Source of the DNA: Minisyncoccia bacterium
GTDB taxonomy: Bacteria > Patescibacteriota > Minisyncoccia > Phycocordibacterales > UBA9973
NCBI GenBank assembly: GCA_039809265.1
Contig: JBDHUR010000002.1
Location: 15,461 to 79,460, forward strand
Reading direction: 5' to 3'
Length of the DNA stretch: 64,000 nt
The first letter of the stretch is position 1; the number at the start of each line of letters is the position of its first letter. The position numbers and the translations under genes were made by a program. The notes beneath the pieces were generated by a model that saw only the letters and a list, made by a program, of their open reading frames with translations, was not told the DNA's origin and did no database searches. This document shows positions 49,059 to 59,174 of this stretch, one piece after another.

Positions 49059-50324
49059 ATGTCTTTTCTTTTTAAGATAGAAAAAAAGCTGGAGGGTAAA
49101 CATTCTGCCGAGGGCAAGCCTATGGGCCGAGCTGGAGTTTTCAGTACGCCGCACGGAGATATTCCTACGCCAGCTTTTGTCCCTGTTGGTACAAAAGCTA
49201 CAGTAAAATCTCTAACTCCAGAAATGCTCCGTGAACTTGGTACAAAAGTAATACTTGCCAACACTTACCATTTGCTTTTACAGCCTGGTGATGAGCTGGT
49301 AAAAAAGGTGGGTGGTCTACATGGTTTTATGAACTGGCGCGGGCCTATGATGACAGACTCCGGCGGCTTCCAGGTATTTTCCCTTGGCGCGGCATACGGC
49401 AAGGAAATTTCAAAGATAACGAAAGCAGCAGATGTATCCATGCAGATAGCTGAGCGCTCAAGTGCAGACGAAGGTGTACCAAAGCTTGCTAATATCGGCA
49501 CCGACGGAGTATCTTTTCGTTCTCATATTGATGGCACTTTGTATTACATCACCCCAGAGCGCTCTATAGAAATACAGCAGAACTTGGGTGCAGACATCAT
49601 ATTTGCATTTGACGAATGTACTTCACCAACAGAAACTTTTGCTTATCAAGAGGAGGCGCTTTTACGCACGCATCAGTGGGCCAAGAGGTCTTTGGAACAG
49701 CACGAAAAAATGGAAAAAAAAAAATACCTTACCCACATTTTACCACAAGCAATTTTTGGTATAGTCCAAGGTGGTAGAGAGGAAGTTTTGCGGAAAAAGT
49801 CTGCCAAAACTATTGCCGAGATGAAGACGGGCAGCGGCCGTAGTTTTGATGGTTTTGGTATTGGTGGAAGTTTTGCAAAAGAAGATATGTCTACAGTAGT
49901 GAAATGGGTTAATGAAATATTACCAGAAAACAAACCCAGGCATTTGCTTGGTATTGGTGAGCCAGAAGACTTGTTTATGGGAGTAGAGAACGGTGTAGAC
50001 TTTTTTGACTGTGTGGCACCTACACGTATGGCACGCAATGGTGCTTTGTATACAAAAAACGGCAAGATAAATATGTTCAACGCTGAACATAAAGAAAATT
50101 TTTCAAAAATAGAAGAAGATTGCGAATGTTACACATGTAAAAATTACTCTTGCGCGTATATAGCACATCTTTTTCGTGCTAAAGAAATGTTGGCGGCGAC
50201 TTTGGCAACAGTACATAATCTGCACTTTATCACAAAACTGGTTGCTGGCATGAGGCAATCTATTTTAGATAACACTTTCTATGAGTACAAAGATAGATTT
50301 TTTAATACATATAGGAATATTTGA
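49059..50324 (+). CDS. tgt: Queuine tRNA-ribosyltransferase (tRNA-guanine transglycosylase)
   Basis: It has a TIM barrel with catalytic Asp residues and the zinc site CxCxxC...H (CECYTCKNYSCAYIAH). An ATG was chosen at 49059. Confidence 0.9.
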   Translation: MSFLFKIEKKLEGKHSAEGKPMGRAGVFSTPHGDIPTPAFVPVGTKATVKSLTPEMLRELGTKVILANTYHLLLQPGDELVKKVGGLHGFMNWRGPMMTDSGGFQVFSLGAAYGKEISKITKAADVSMQIAERSSADEGVPKLANIGTDGVSFRSHIDGTLYYITPERSIEIQQNLGADIIFAFDECTSPTETFAYQEEALLRTHQWAKRSLEQHEKMEKKKYLTHILPQAIFGIVQGGREEVLRKKSAKTIAEMKTGSGRSFDGFGIGGSFAKEDMSTVVKWVNEILPENKPRHLLGIGEPEDLFMGVENGVDFFDCVAPTRMARNGALYTKNGKINMFNAEHKENFSKIEEDCECYTCKNYSCAYIAHLFRAKEMLAATLATVHNLHFITKLVAGMRQSILDNTFYEYKDRFFNTYRNI

Positions 50325-50406
50325 CTTATTTATATATTTACGGTATTCTTTCCAAGAATCTTCTTTAATAAAAATAAAATAATCATTTTTAAAACACAAA
50401 TTATTT

Positions 50407-50844
50407 ATGAATAAAAAAATCCATGTTCTCTTATTGGAGGACGACAACAACCAACACGATTCAGCTATGCTTGCCCGTGATATCGTAGCTGCGCTTAAGC
50501 CGTATTTTAAAAGGAAAACTAATACCACTTTATCTGTGTATGTTCCTAAGTCAGAAATGATTGAACCATTAGTGTTTGCCTTACATAAATACCGAGTAGA
50601 AGTTGCAGGGCGATATATTGATTCATCGCTCAATAAAAAGACACAAACCTCCAAAGAGCCAAGTTATTCTGGTATTTACAACCACTCACTACAGGCGGTT
50701 GGAGATGGTGTGGTTTGGCTAACTTACGAAAGTAACAGTCATTACTTTAACTTAAGGAAAAAAGGCTTGCTCTTTGTAAATGTAAAGAAAGACGCAGGAA
50801 CGAAAAAGATGACTCTTAGTCAAACAGTAGTAGCTGTAATTTAA
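50407..50844 (+). CDS. Hypothetical protein in an AT-rich pocket
   Basis: It is a 145-aa ORF flanked by AT-rich sequence, with no recognisable domain. Confidence 0.4.
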   Translation: MNKKIHVLLLEDDNNQHDSAMLARDIVAALKPYFKRKTNTTLSVYVPKSEMIEPLVFALHKYRVEVAGRYIDSSLNKKTQTSKEPSYSGIYNHSLQAVGDGVVWLTYESNSHYFNLRKKGLLFVNVKKDAGTKKMTLSQTVVAVI

Positions 50845-50885
50845 CTTTTTTAGTAAACATCAAATTTAAACACTTAGAAGATTTA

Positions 50886-50912
50886 AAAGTGGTTCAATGA
50901 ACCACTTTTTTT
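50886..50912 (+). terminator. Intrinsic terminator upstream of uvrB
   Basis: aagtggttc aatg aaccactttttt, followed by a TACAAT box. Confidence 0.6.
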
Positions 50913-50946
50913 ATTTACTAAAATGTCGTACAATATATTGATATTT

Positions 50947-53058
50947 ATGCCACTTTTTAAGCTGACAAGTGAATATAAGCCTTCCGGCGACCAGCCGAAA
51001 GCTATAAAAAGTCTTTTGTCTGGACTGGAAAAGAGTATAAAAAAGCAAACTTTGCTTGGTGCCACCGGCACGGGGAAAACTTTTACTATCGCAAATGTCA
51101 TTGCAAAACATGGCAAGCCGACCTTGGTGATAGCTCACAACAAAACTTTGGCAGCACAGCTGGCGCAGGAATATAGAGAATTTTTCCCTGGCCACGCTGT
51201 GCATTACTTTGTATCTTACTATGACTACTACCAGCCAGAGGCCTATATGCCTACAACAGACACTTATATAGAAAAAGACGCGCAGATAAACAAGGAAATA
51301 GACCGGCTTCGCCATGCTTCTACACAAAGTTTACTAACAAGAAAAGATGTTATTATTGTTGCATCAGTATCTTGTATCTACGGTCTTGGCTCACCAGAAG
51401 AGTATAAAGAAGAACACTTGGAGCTGAAGCGCGGGATGAAAATAGATCGCGCAGATCTTTTGGCAAATCTTGTTTCTATACACTTTACTCGCACCAATGC
51501 TGACCTTTCTTCTGGGCAGTTTCGTGCTTTGGGCAACAGGGTAGAGATAATGCCGGTTTCGGAGACTTACTCGCTTTCAGTAGAAATATCTGGTGGGAAA
51601 ATATTGCAGATATTAAAGATTGATCCTGTTACTTCAAAAATATTGGAAGAACCGAGTGAAATATTTTTGTTTCCGGCAAAACATTTCTTGACCAACAGTT
51701 CAAAAAAAGAAAAAGCCCTGAAAGATATAAAAAAAGAGCTTGATACGCAGCTTAAGGTATTTGAAAAAGAGGGTAAGCTGCTGGAAGCAGAGCGTTTGAA
51801 GCGGCGCACCAGCTACGATCTTGCCATGATTCGCGAGGTCGGATATTGCAGCGGTATAGAAAATTATTCACGGCATTTATCTGGGAAAAAAGCAGGTGAG
51901 CCGCCGGAAACCTTGCTTTCATATTTCCCAAAGAAAAAAAATGGCGAGGCTGATTTCCTTGTGGTGATAGACGAATCTCATGTCACGCTTCCGCAATTGC
52001 AGGGTATGTACGCTGGCGATGCTTCGCGCAAAAATACTCTGGTAGAGTTTGGTTTCCGTTTGCCTAGTGCAAAGGACAACCGACCACTTAAGTTTGGAGA
52101 ATTTGAGGAACGCATAGGTCAAGTTATCTATACTTCTGCGACCCCGGGAGATTTTGAAAGAGAGAATTCGGCGCAGATCGTGGAGCAGATCATCCGCCCG
52201 ACTGGGCTGGTAGATCCTGAGATAATTTTGCGCAAAGTTGTAGCCAAAGACAAATACCCTGGACAAGTGCAAGACTTCATATTGGAAGCGGAAAAAGTCA
52301 TCAGCTCCGGCGCGCGTGTGCTTGCTACAACTTTGACTAAAAAGATGGCGGAAGACCTTGCGGAATATCTGAAAGAGCGTGGTATAAAGTCTGAATATTT
52401 GCACAGCGATATAAAAACTATAGACCGTATAAAAATTTTGACCTCATTCCGCAAGGGCGAAACTGACATACTGGTCGGAGTGAACTTGCTGCGAGAAGGT
52501 CTGGACTTGCCGGAAGTGGAACTTATTGGTATTTTAGATGCTGACAAAGAAGGTTTTTTGCGCAGCGAAACGGCTTTGATACAAACCATAGGCCGCGCCG
52601 CCCGCAATGCAAAAGGCAGAGTCATCTTGTATGCAGACAATATGACTGGCTCCATGGAACGTGCTATCGGGGAAACAAACCGTCGCCGTAGCTTGCAGAT
52701 GGAGTACAATAAAAAGCACGGCATAACGCCGAAAACTATAAAGAAACAAATAAAAGACATAACAGAACAAATGGAATCCGAGCATGCTAAAGCTGTAAAT
52801 GCTGAGCTAAATCTCGATGTAGAAATATTTGAACGCGCATCCAAAGCTCTTTCCAAAAAGGAAGAAAAAAAGCTAAATAGACTTAGCGATGAAGAACGTG
52901 TAAATACTGTCTATAAAAAGATAATTAAGTTGAAAGAAAAAGAAATGTCATCTGCTGTGAAAGAGCTGGACTTTGAAACAGCAGCTATATTGCGTGACGA
53001 AATAACAGTTTTGAAGAAGAAGATGGATAGTGCTATACTCACTGACACAAGCGAATGA
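50947..53058 (+). CDS. uvrB: Excinuclease ABC subunit B
   Basis: The sequence MPLFKLTSEYKPSGDQPKAI aligns with the UvrB N-terminus. It has helicase motifs, a beta-hairpin and a C-terminal UVR domain. Confidence 0.95.
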   Translation: MPLFKLTSEYKPSGDQPKAIKSLLSGLEKSIKKQTLLGATGTGKTFTIANVIAKHGKPTLVIAHNKTLAAQLAQEYREFFPGHAVHYFVSYYDYYQPEAYMPTTDTYIEKDAQINKEIDRLRHASTQSLLTRKDVIIVASVSCIYGLGSPEEYKEEHLELKRGMKIDRADLLANLVSIHFTRTNADLSSGQFRALGNRVEIMPVSETYSLSVEISGGKILQILKIDPVTSKILEEPSEIFLFPAKHFLTNSSKKEKALKDIKKELDTQLKVFEKEGKLLEAERLKRRTSYDLAMIREVGYCSGIENYSRHLSGKKAGEPPETLLSYFPKKKNGEADFLVVIDESHVTLPQLQGMYAGDASRKNTLVEFGFRLPSAKDNRPLKFGEFEERIGQVIYTSATPGDFERENSAQIVEQIIRPTGLVDPEIILRKVVAKDKYPGQVQDFILEAEKVISSGARVLATTLTKKMAEDLAEYLKERGIKSEYLHSDIKTIDRIKILTSFRKGETDILVGVNLLREGLDLPEVELIGILDADKEGFLRSETALIQTIGRAARNAKGRVILYADNMTGSMERAIGETNRRRSLQMEYNKKHGITPKTIKKQIKDITEQMESEHAKAVNAELNLDVEIFERASKALSKKEEKKLNRLSDEERVNTVYKKIIKLKEKEMSSAVKELDFETAAILRDEITVLKKKMDSAILTDTSE

Positions 53059-55712
53059 AAAAAGAGGAAAATCAATCAAAAATAATCATAAAAGGCGCTC
53101 GGACACACAATTTGAAGAACATAGATGTAGAGATGCCGCGCAATAAAATGATAGCTATCACAGGGCTTTCTGGTTCGGGGAAGTCTTCTTTGGCTTTTGA
53201 TACTATTTTTGCCGAAGGCCAGCGAAGGTATGTGGAGTCTCTGTCTTCTTATGCTAGGCAATTTTTGAAGCAAATGAGCAAGCCGGAAGTAGACGAGATA
53301 TCTGGTCTTTCCCCGGCTATTTCCATTGACCAAAAATCACGCTCAAATAACCCGCGTTCTACTGTAGCAACTATAACAGAGATATATGACTACTTGCGAG
53401 TTTTGTATGCACGCGTTGGTCGTCCGTATTGCCCAGAGTGTGGTGAAGAGATAAAGAAACTTTCTAACGAAGAGATTTTGAATTTTGTGTTGGAAAATAT
53501 AAGTTCGCTCCGTTCGGTGAAGGCTTCTCCTCGCGCTTCACCCTCTCTCCGGGGGCTCCGACGCGATTCGGATAAGCCTTCACCGAACTCCGCTAAACGC
53601 TCCGTGCTTGGCATAGAATTTGACGAAACACAAATACAGATCTTCTCTCCGGTGGTGCGTGGCAGAAAGGGTGAATATTACCAGCTTTTGTACGATTTGC
53701 TCGGCAAGGGCTATTCTCGCGTACGGCTGGACGGGCAAATGAAGAATTTGCGTGATCGTATAGAGCTTTTTAAAAATAAAAACCACAACATAGATGTGCT
53801 AGTAGACGAGTTTGCGTTGCATGAATTTTCTGACAATGAGGCTGACGCGCGCATGCGATTGGCAGAGGCGATAGAGCGCGCACTTGCCGAGTCAGACGGA
53901 CTTGTTTCCATTAAAATATCCGAAGATGAAAGCTTGCTTTCTGCAAAGTTCTCGTGCCCAAACGACGGATTTTCTTTCCCGGAAGTAGAGCCGAGACTTT
54001 TTTCTTTCAACTCTCCATACGGAGCTTGTCCAGAATGCAACGGCTTGGGCAGTAAGTACTTTATGGGCACAGAACCTTGCGATGTCTGCGGCGGCAAGCG
54101 TCTGCGCAAAGAAGCTTTACATGTTTACCTCGGTCATGGCAAGACGAATATAGTTGATCTTACTTCGCTTTCTATTCAAGATGCTGCGAACTTTTTTGTT
54201 GAATTGAAACTTTCTGCAAAAGAAAAAGAAATATCAAAGCCAGTTATACGCGAGATAGAAGATAGGTTACAATTTATGCTGAATGTCGGTTTGGAATACT
54301 TGTCGCTGGATCGCCGCGCGAACACTCTCTCTGGCGGGGAAGCACAGCGTATACGTTTGGCTTCACAGCTCGGCTCGCGTTTAGTGGGCGCGATGTATGT
54401 GCTAGACGAGCCAACTATTGGCTTGCATCAGAGAGATAACGAACGTCTTATCAAAACTTTGGAAGATTTGCGCGATCTTGGCAATACTATCATCGTGGTG
54501 GAGCATGATGAAGATACTATATATGCATCGGACTACTTGGTAGATATCGGACCAAAAGCTGGTGTGCACGGCGGTAGAGTGATAGTGCAGGATTATTTGG
54601 AAAAACTTTTGTCTGCGAAGGCAAATACTTCCAAGTCTCGTACATTGGCATACTTGCGTGAGGAAGAAAAAATCCCTATGCCGGAGAAACGGCGATCTTC
54701 TGATAAAGGCTCTTTAAAGGTTGTTGGTGGCAACGCTTTTAATATAAAAAACTTGAATGCAGAAGTTCCGCTCGGCAAGCTGGTTTGTATAACTGGTGTT
54801 TCCGGATCTGGCAAGTCTTCCTTTATGTACGAGATATTGCACCAAAATCTGCAGGCCAGGTATGAGCGAAAATACAGAAGCGCAAAAGTTTTCAATGCGG
54901 CAAGTTTCTCTGGTACTGAATATTTATCTCGAGCTATACTTATAGACCAGTCACCGATAGGGCGAACACCGCGTTCAAACATCGCGACATATACTGGTTC
55001 ATTCACTTTTATGCGTGATCTTTTTGCAGAGACAGAGGAAGCTCGTGTACGCGGCTGGAAGAGTAACCGGTTTTCTTTCAATGTGAAAGGCGGTCGCTGT
55101 GAAGCTTGCGAAGGAAACGGCGAGATCGCGGTGGAAATGCACTTTTTGCCGACAGTATATGTGACTTGCGATGTCTGCGGCGGTAAGCGCTTTGATAAGG
55201 AAACTTTGAAAGTAAAATATAAGAAAAAGAATATTTACGAAGTATTGGAGATGACTGTAGAGGAAGGACTAAAGTTTTATGAAGATATACCTGCGATATA
55301 TGACAGACTGAAAACTTTGATGGATGTCGGCCTAGGCTATGTGAAGCTTGGTCAGAGTGCGACTACTCTCTCCGGAGGTGAGGCGCAAAGGGTAAAAATA
55401 TCTTCTGAACTATATCGTCCGCATTTAGAAAAGACAATATACCTTTTAGATGAACCGACAGTCGGATTGCACTATGATGATGTGGCGAACTTGATCGGTG
55501 TTTTGAATCGCCTTGTGGAGAAAGGAAATACAGTGCTTGTCATAGAGCACAATATGGACTTGATAAAATGCGCGGACTACTTGCTGGACTTTGGGCCGGA
55601 GGGCGGCACAGGTGGAGGGCACTTGGTAGCAAAAGGTACACCGGAAGAAGTTGCCAACAATTCAAAAAGCTACACCGGAAAATACCTCAAAAAAGTCCTA
55701 AAGCGGAAATAA
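53055..55712 (+). CDS. uvrA: Excinuclease ABC subunit A (lacks the insertion domain; carries a 37-aa in-frame insertion)
   Basis: It has tandem ABC ATPase cassettes (two Walker A motifs and two signature motifs) and Zn modules. Only about 8 aa sit where the ~110-aa insertion domain normally is. Confidence 0.95.
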   Translation: MKKEENQSKIIIKGARTHNLKNIDVEMPRNKMIAITGLSGSGKSSLAFDTIFAEGQRRYVESLSSYARQFLKQMSKPEVDEISGLSPAISIDQKSRSNNPRSTVATITEIYDYLRVLYARVGRPYCPECGEEIKKLSNEEILNFVLENISSLRSVKASPRASPSLRGLRRDSDKPSPNSAKRSVLGIEFDETQIQIFSPVVRGRKGEYYQLLYDLLGKGYSRVRLDGQMKNLRDRIELFKNKNHNIDVLVDEFALHEFSDNEADARMRLAEAIERALAESDGLVSIKISEDESLLSAKFSCPNDGFSFPEVEPRLFSFNSPYGACPECNGLGSKYFMGTEPCDVCGGKRLRKEALHVYLGHGKTNIVDLTSLSIQDAANFFVELKLSAKEKEISKPVIREIEDRLQFMLNVGLEYLSLDRRANTLSGGEAQRIRLASQLGSRLVGAMYVLDEPTIGLHQRDNERLIKTLEDLRDLGNTIIVVEHDEDTIYASDYLVDIGPKAGVHGGRVIVQDYLEKLLSAKANTSKSRTLAYLREEEKIPMPEKRRSSDKGSLKVVGGNAFNIKNLNAEVPLGKLVCITGVSGSGKSSFMYEILHQNLQARYERKYRSAKVFNAASFSGTEYLSRAILIDQSPIGRTPRSNIATYTGSFTFMRDLFAETEEARVRGWKSNRFSFNVKGGRCEACEGNGEIAVEMHFLPTVYVTCDVCGGKRFDKETLKVKYKKKNIYEVLEMTVEEGLKFYEDIPAIYDRLKTLMDVGLGYVKLGQSATTLSGGEAQRVKISSELYRPHLEKTIYLLDEPTVGLHYDDVANLIGVLNRLVEKGNTVLVIEHNMDLIKCADYLLDFGPEGGTGGGHLVAKGTPEEVANNSKSYTGKYLKKVLKRK
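53502..53612 (+). repeat. GC-rich palindromic 111-bp in-frame insertion inside uvrA
   Basis: A 15-bp perfect inverted repeat gttcggtgaaggctt / aagccttcaccgaac has nested hairpins. GC content is about 60%, against about 40% in flanking sequence. It encodes [37 protein letters not shown], which is absent from E. coli UvrA. Confidence 0.6.
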
Positions 55713-55728
55713 AAATAAATAAAATGCT

Positions 55729-56979
55729 ATGAAAATATCTGCTTTGAAAAAACTGAATATTCCAGACAAGCCCGGAGTGTACTTTTTTCTAAGCCGCAGG
55801 AAAACACTCTACATAGGCAAGGCTACCAGCCTAAAGAGCCGCGTGCGCAGCTATTTTTCAAAAGATCTGATAAAAACTCGCGGAGCTTCTATTGTAGACA
55901 TGGTTTTTAAGTCGGACAGCTTAAAATTTAAGGAAACAGACTCCGCATTGGAAGCATTACTTTTGGAGGCGGAGCTTATTCGCAAGTACAACCCATATTA
56001 CAATGTAAAGGAAAAAGACGGCAAAAGCCCGCTTGTTGTCGGTATTACAAAAGAAGAATTTCCTCAGGTAATTTCTATACGCAAGAAGGATTTGTCAAAA
56101 AACAAAAAGTCTGCAAAGATTTTGCGCGGTAAACGCGAGGTGAAGTTGCAAGCGGTGTACGGCCCATTTACAAATGGCAGCCTGATCCGTGAAGGATTGC
56201 GTATTGTTCGTAGGATTTTTCCATTCAGAGATGACAGCTCTGCAAAAAAGGATAACTATGAATTTTACCGCCAGCTCGGGCTTACACCCTATATAAAGTC
56301 TGATTCAAAGGCTACTAAAGAATATGCGAAAAATATCCGGAGCATAAAACTGTTGTTCCAAGGCAAAAAGAAAAAAGTGGTGGAAGATTTGCGGAAAGAT
56401 ATGATGCGCTATGCCAAGCATAAAGAGTTTGAGCAGGCAGATAAAGTGAAGAAGACAATTTTTGCGCTGGAGCATATAAACGATGTTGCACTTTTGAAAA
56501 ATGATTTTCTGATGAATGAAAAGTCTATCTTAGATAAATCTCGCATAGAAGGCTACGATGTCGCGCACATGGGAGGCAAAAATACCGTGGGTGTTATGAC
56601 TGTAGTCTCTGCCGGTGAGGTAGACAAAAATGAATACAAAAAGTTTATAATACGTTCGCAGTCCGGACCAAACGACACCGGCTCGCTGGAAGAACTGCTT
56701 TCCCGAAGATTGCGGCATACAGAGTGGGGTTTGCCGGACTTGGTTGTGGTAGACGGAGCATTGGCGCAGATAAATGTTGCAAAGCAGGTACTTGCACGAT
56801 ACCAGCTTGATATACCTATCGTTTCTGTTGTGAAAGATGATCGGCACAAGGCTAAGGAAATACTTGGTGATAAAAAATATGCCGCAGAAAGAAAAAAAGA
56901 AATCCTGCTCGTAAACTCCGAGGCGCACAGGTTTGCCATTGCCTTCCATAAGCAGAAAAGGCGAAAAAGTTTTATATAG
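55729..56979 (+). CDS. uvrC: Excinuclease ABC subunit C (compact; lacks the C-terminal (HhH)2 domain)
   Basis: It has an N-terminal GIY-YIG domain (PGVYFF...LYIGKA), a UVR domain (HKEFEQADKVKKTIFALE) and an RNase H-like endonuclease domain (IEGYDVAHMGG), but stops after it. It is 416 aa. Confidence 0.8.
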   Translation: MKISALKKLNIPDKPGVYFFLSRRKTLYIGKATSLKSRVRSYFSKDLIKTRGASIVDMVFKSDSLKFKETDSALEALLLEAELIRKYNPYYNVKEKDGKSPLVVGITKEEFPQVISIRKKDLSKNKKSAKILRGKREVKLQAVYGPFTNGSLIREGLRIVRRIFPFRDDSSAKKDNYEFYRQLGLTPYIKSDSKATKEYAKNIRSIKLLFQGKKKKVVEDLRKDMMRYAKHKEFEQADKVKKTIFALEHINDVALLKNDFLMNEKSILDKSRIEGYDVAHMGGKNTVGVMTVVSAGEVDKNEYKKFIIRSQSGPNDTGSLEELLSRRLRHTEWGLPDLVVVDGALAQINVAKQVLARYQLDIPIVSVVKDDRHKAKEILGDKKYAAERKKEILLVNSEAHRFAIAFHKQKRRKSFI

Positions 56980-57000
56980 CTATCGCAATTGCACTCGCAA

Positions 57001-57100
57001 AACTAATACCCTGAAAAGACACGGAATATTTGCCTGCTGGCGAATTTCCTCGTGCTCGCGCCGTCGCGCTGCGCAAGCTCTTTTCCGGGTATTAGTTTTG
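57001..57100. repeat. Long imperfect inverted repeat (20-bp arms, ~60-bp spacer) between uvrC and a convergent small ORF
   Basis: The arms aaaactaataccctgaaaag and cttttccgggtattagtttt match at 19 of 20 positions, and the spacer contains internal GC-rich palindromes. Confidence 0.7.
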
Positions 57101-57111
57101 CTTATTAAATA

Positions 57112-57228
57112 CTATCGTGTCCCAAGCAGTCCAGGCATGTAGAGCAATATCATGCTGACGATGAGTATGATGGATATAACGGCCCATGCGGCCTTGACTT
57201 TGTTACGGTGTTTTGGGTTTAAAAACAT
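57112..57228 (-). CDS. Candidate small membrane protein (38 aa)
   Basis: A manual translation of the - strand gives MFLNPKHRNKVKAAWAVISIILIVSMILLYMPGLLGTR, a single TM helix. It ends at the long inverted repeat. Confidence 0.25.
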   Translation of the reverse strand: MFLNPKHRNKVKAAWAVISIILIVSMILLYMPGLLGTR

Positions 57229-57272
57229 AAATGTATATAATATATCTGCTAGTAACTAGATATTAGCAGATT

Positions 57273-57683
57273 ATGAGAGAATTTCAAAAGGCGAAGCCAA
57301 AACAAAAACTTTTCCATACGACACCAATGTTGCTCCTTCTGGCTTTGTTTTTACTGTTTTTTATATACAATATATTTGGTTTGATGCGCAAAAATGCTGA
57401 AACGAAAGAGAACAAACTTCGCGCTGCAAAAGAGAATACAGACTTGGTGACACAACAATCCCAGATAAACGCTGACATTGGCGAGCTGGAGACAGATCGT
57501 GGTACAGAGCAGGTGATACGAGAGAAGTTTGGTGTGGTGAAGAACGGCGAAGGTGTGGTAGTCGTGGTAGACGGGGCAGACGAAGAAACGGTTACACCAA
57601 AGCCGAAGGAAAGTGGCGGAATAATAAGATTTTTCAAGAATATCTTCAGCAGTGGGGATCACTCTGGAAGCGGTTTACGGTAA
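57273..57683 (+). CDS. Septum formation initiator family protein (FtsB/DivIC-like)
   Basis: It has an N-terminal TM, a coiled coil and GTEQVIREKFGVVKNGEGVV, which resembles the FtsB/DivIC C-terminal motif. Confidence 0.6.
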   Translation: MREFQKAKPKQKLFHTTPMLLLLALFLLFFIYNIFGLMRKNAETKENKLRAAKENTDLVTQQSQINADIGELETDRGTEQVIREKFGVVKNGEGVVVVVDGADEETVTPKPKESGGIIRFFKNIFSSGDHSGSGLR

Positions 57684-57735
57684 AGCTTGGCTTGTATGCT
57701 ATAATACAAGTATAGAAGTAATATATTAAATTTTT

Positions 57736-57978
57736 ATGCAAAAGGAAGTCGCAATATATACAACGCCAGTCTGCACTTATTGCAAGATGGCAAAAGAGTT
57801 TTTCAAAGACAATGGCATTGCTTATGCTGAGTATAATGTGGCCACAGATGTAGATCGCCGCACAGAGATGGTGAACATAAGTGGACAGATGGGTGTGCCT
57901 GTTATAACTATAGGTAACGACCTTATAGTTGGCTTCAATAAGCCAAAGATTGCTGAGCTGCTGGGTATAAAACTTTAA
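57736..57978 (+). CDS. Glutaredoxin-like protein (CxxC thioredoxin fold, NrdH/YruB-like)
   Basis: It is 80 aa and has CTYC at the position of the Grx active site and a GVP motif. Confidence 0.75.
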   Translation: MQKEVAIYTTPVCTYCKMAKEFFKDNGIAYAEYNVATDVDRRTEMVNISGQMGVPVITIGNDLIVGFNKPKIAELLGIKL

Positions 57979-57982
57979 AAAG

Positions 57983-58028
57983 AACAGCCCAGCAAAAAGC
58001 GCCGCTGGCGCTTTTTGCTGGGCTGTTT
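57983..58028 (+). terminator. Long-stem intrinsic terminator after the glutaredoxin-like gene
   Basis: aacagcccagcaaaaagcgcc gct ggcgctttttgctgggctgtt. Confidence 0.7.
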
Positions 58029-58048
58029 CCGTGTTAAAGTGTCCACAC

Positions 58049-58123
58049 GCCTCCGTAGTTCAATGGATAGAACAGCCCCGTCCTAAGGGGTAGATGCACG
58101 TTCGATTCGTACCGGAGGCACCA
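58049..58123 (+). tRNA. tRNA-Arg (anticodon CCT), CCA encoded
   Basis: Manual cloverleaf: acceptor gcctccg/cggaggc, D-arm gttc-aatggata-gaac, anticodon stem gcccc/ggggt, loop gtCCTaa, T-loop ttcgatt, and a 3' ACCA. Confidence 0.85.
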
Positions 58124-58303
58124 AGTTTAGTATATATTGACATAAAACTTTTTATATGCTACCATGTGAAAAATAAAAATCTAATAATATGGTAAAATTA
58201 AAAAATCTTTGGTCTTTTTTCTTCAAAAAAAAAAGAAATACAACAAGGGACATGGCTTGGTGGAGAACCAGCCCTGACGCCAGAACAGTCTAAAAAATTT
58301 AAG

Positions 58304-58978
58304 TTGGATGAAAAGTTAAGTGAATTTGGTTACAACTATTTACGCAAACTGTTCCCGTCTGTAGATCTTGTGTATGCATTTTTGCGTATGCAGGCTATGA
58401 CGATGCCCACAACCAAGGCACTAAACAGCAAACGATTAATTGTACAGGAGATAACTCTCAAAAAGTATCTAAAGGGTATTGAAGATTTGCGGGTTGTGTA
58501 TGTTGGGTCTGCCGTCGACATCGAATACCCGTTACTCCTGGGTGCTAGAAAAATAACAATGGTTGACCCTTCGTATAAAGATGAAAAGAATGTTCAATAC
58601 ATAGCGGATAGACTAAACAATATGCGTCCCGTGATGCGAAATGTAGATATCAGAGGATACTATATGAATTTTTCTTTCAACTTTACTGGCGGGATACAAA
58701 ATGAAAGGGTCTCTGTAACATTTGAGCCAAAATATGTAGAAATAGGCGAATACCAATTCTACCGATATAGATATGAGATGTACAAACCGTCAGAGCCCAT
58801 AGGTCTACTCCTCTCCTTTGCTTCAGGTGGCAGTTTGTTTGACTCCGTTGAATTACTAGATGCTGTATCTGTGGGCGGATATATTTTAAGTGATTTTTCT
58901 AGACACGAAGGCAAGGATACAACTGGATTTTCTCTTATTGCATCAGATGCAAATTTTGCGTTGTATCAAAAAGTGTAA
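58304..58978 (+). CDS. Hypothetical protein downstream of tRNA-Arg
   Basis: It is a 224-aa ORF. The listed start is a TTG, and the first ATG is at 58388. No confident domain call could be made. Confidence 0.4.
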   Translation: MDEKLSEFGYNYLRKLFPSVDLVYAFLRMQAMTMPTTKALNSKRLIVQEITLKKYLKGIEDLRVVYVGSAVDIEYPLLLGARKITMVDPSYKDEKNVQYIADRLNNMRPVMRNVDIRGYYMNFSFNFTGGIQNERVSVTFEPKYVEIGEYQFYRYRYEMYKPSEPIGLLLSFASGGSLFDSVELLDAVSVGGYILSDFSRHEGKDTTGFSLIASDANFALYQKV

Positions 58979-59043
58979 AACACATAGCCTTGCCCTCTGC
59001 AGTGTAAGGCTATTTTATTTTGGTTAAACTGTGTTAAAAACAC

Positions 59044-59076
59044 AAACCCCGCTTGTACGAGCGGGGTTTTTCTTTT
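59044..59076 (+). terminator. Intrinsic terminator
   Basis: aaccccgc ttgtacga gcggggtttttctttt. Confidence 0.65.
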
Positions 59077-59174
59077 CCACACAAAAGCTTTCGGCTGAGA
59101 GGTTTTTCGGGGTATAATTGGAGTAGAATTTTCTTTGTTTATTTGTGGGTTTTGCTTGGTTCTTACTTCAATCT

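Noticed and set aside
50407-50844. The N-terminus 'KIHVLLLEDD' looked like a response-regulator receiver domain.
   Set aside because: The downstream sequence lacks the phospho-acceptor Asp context, the T/S motif and the K of REC domains. It is kept as hypothetical.
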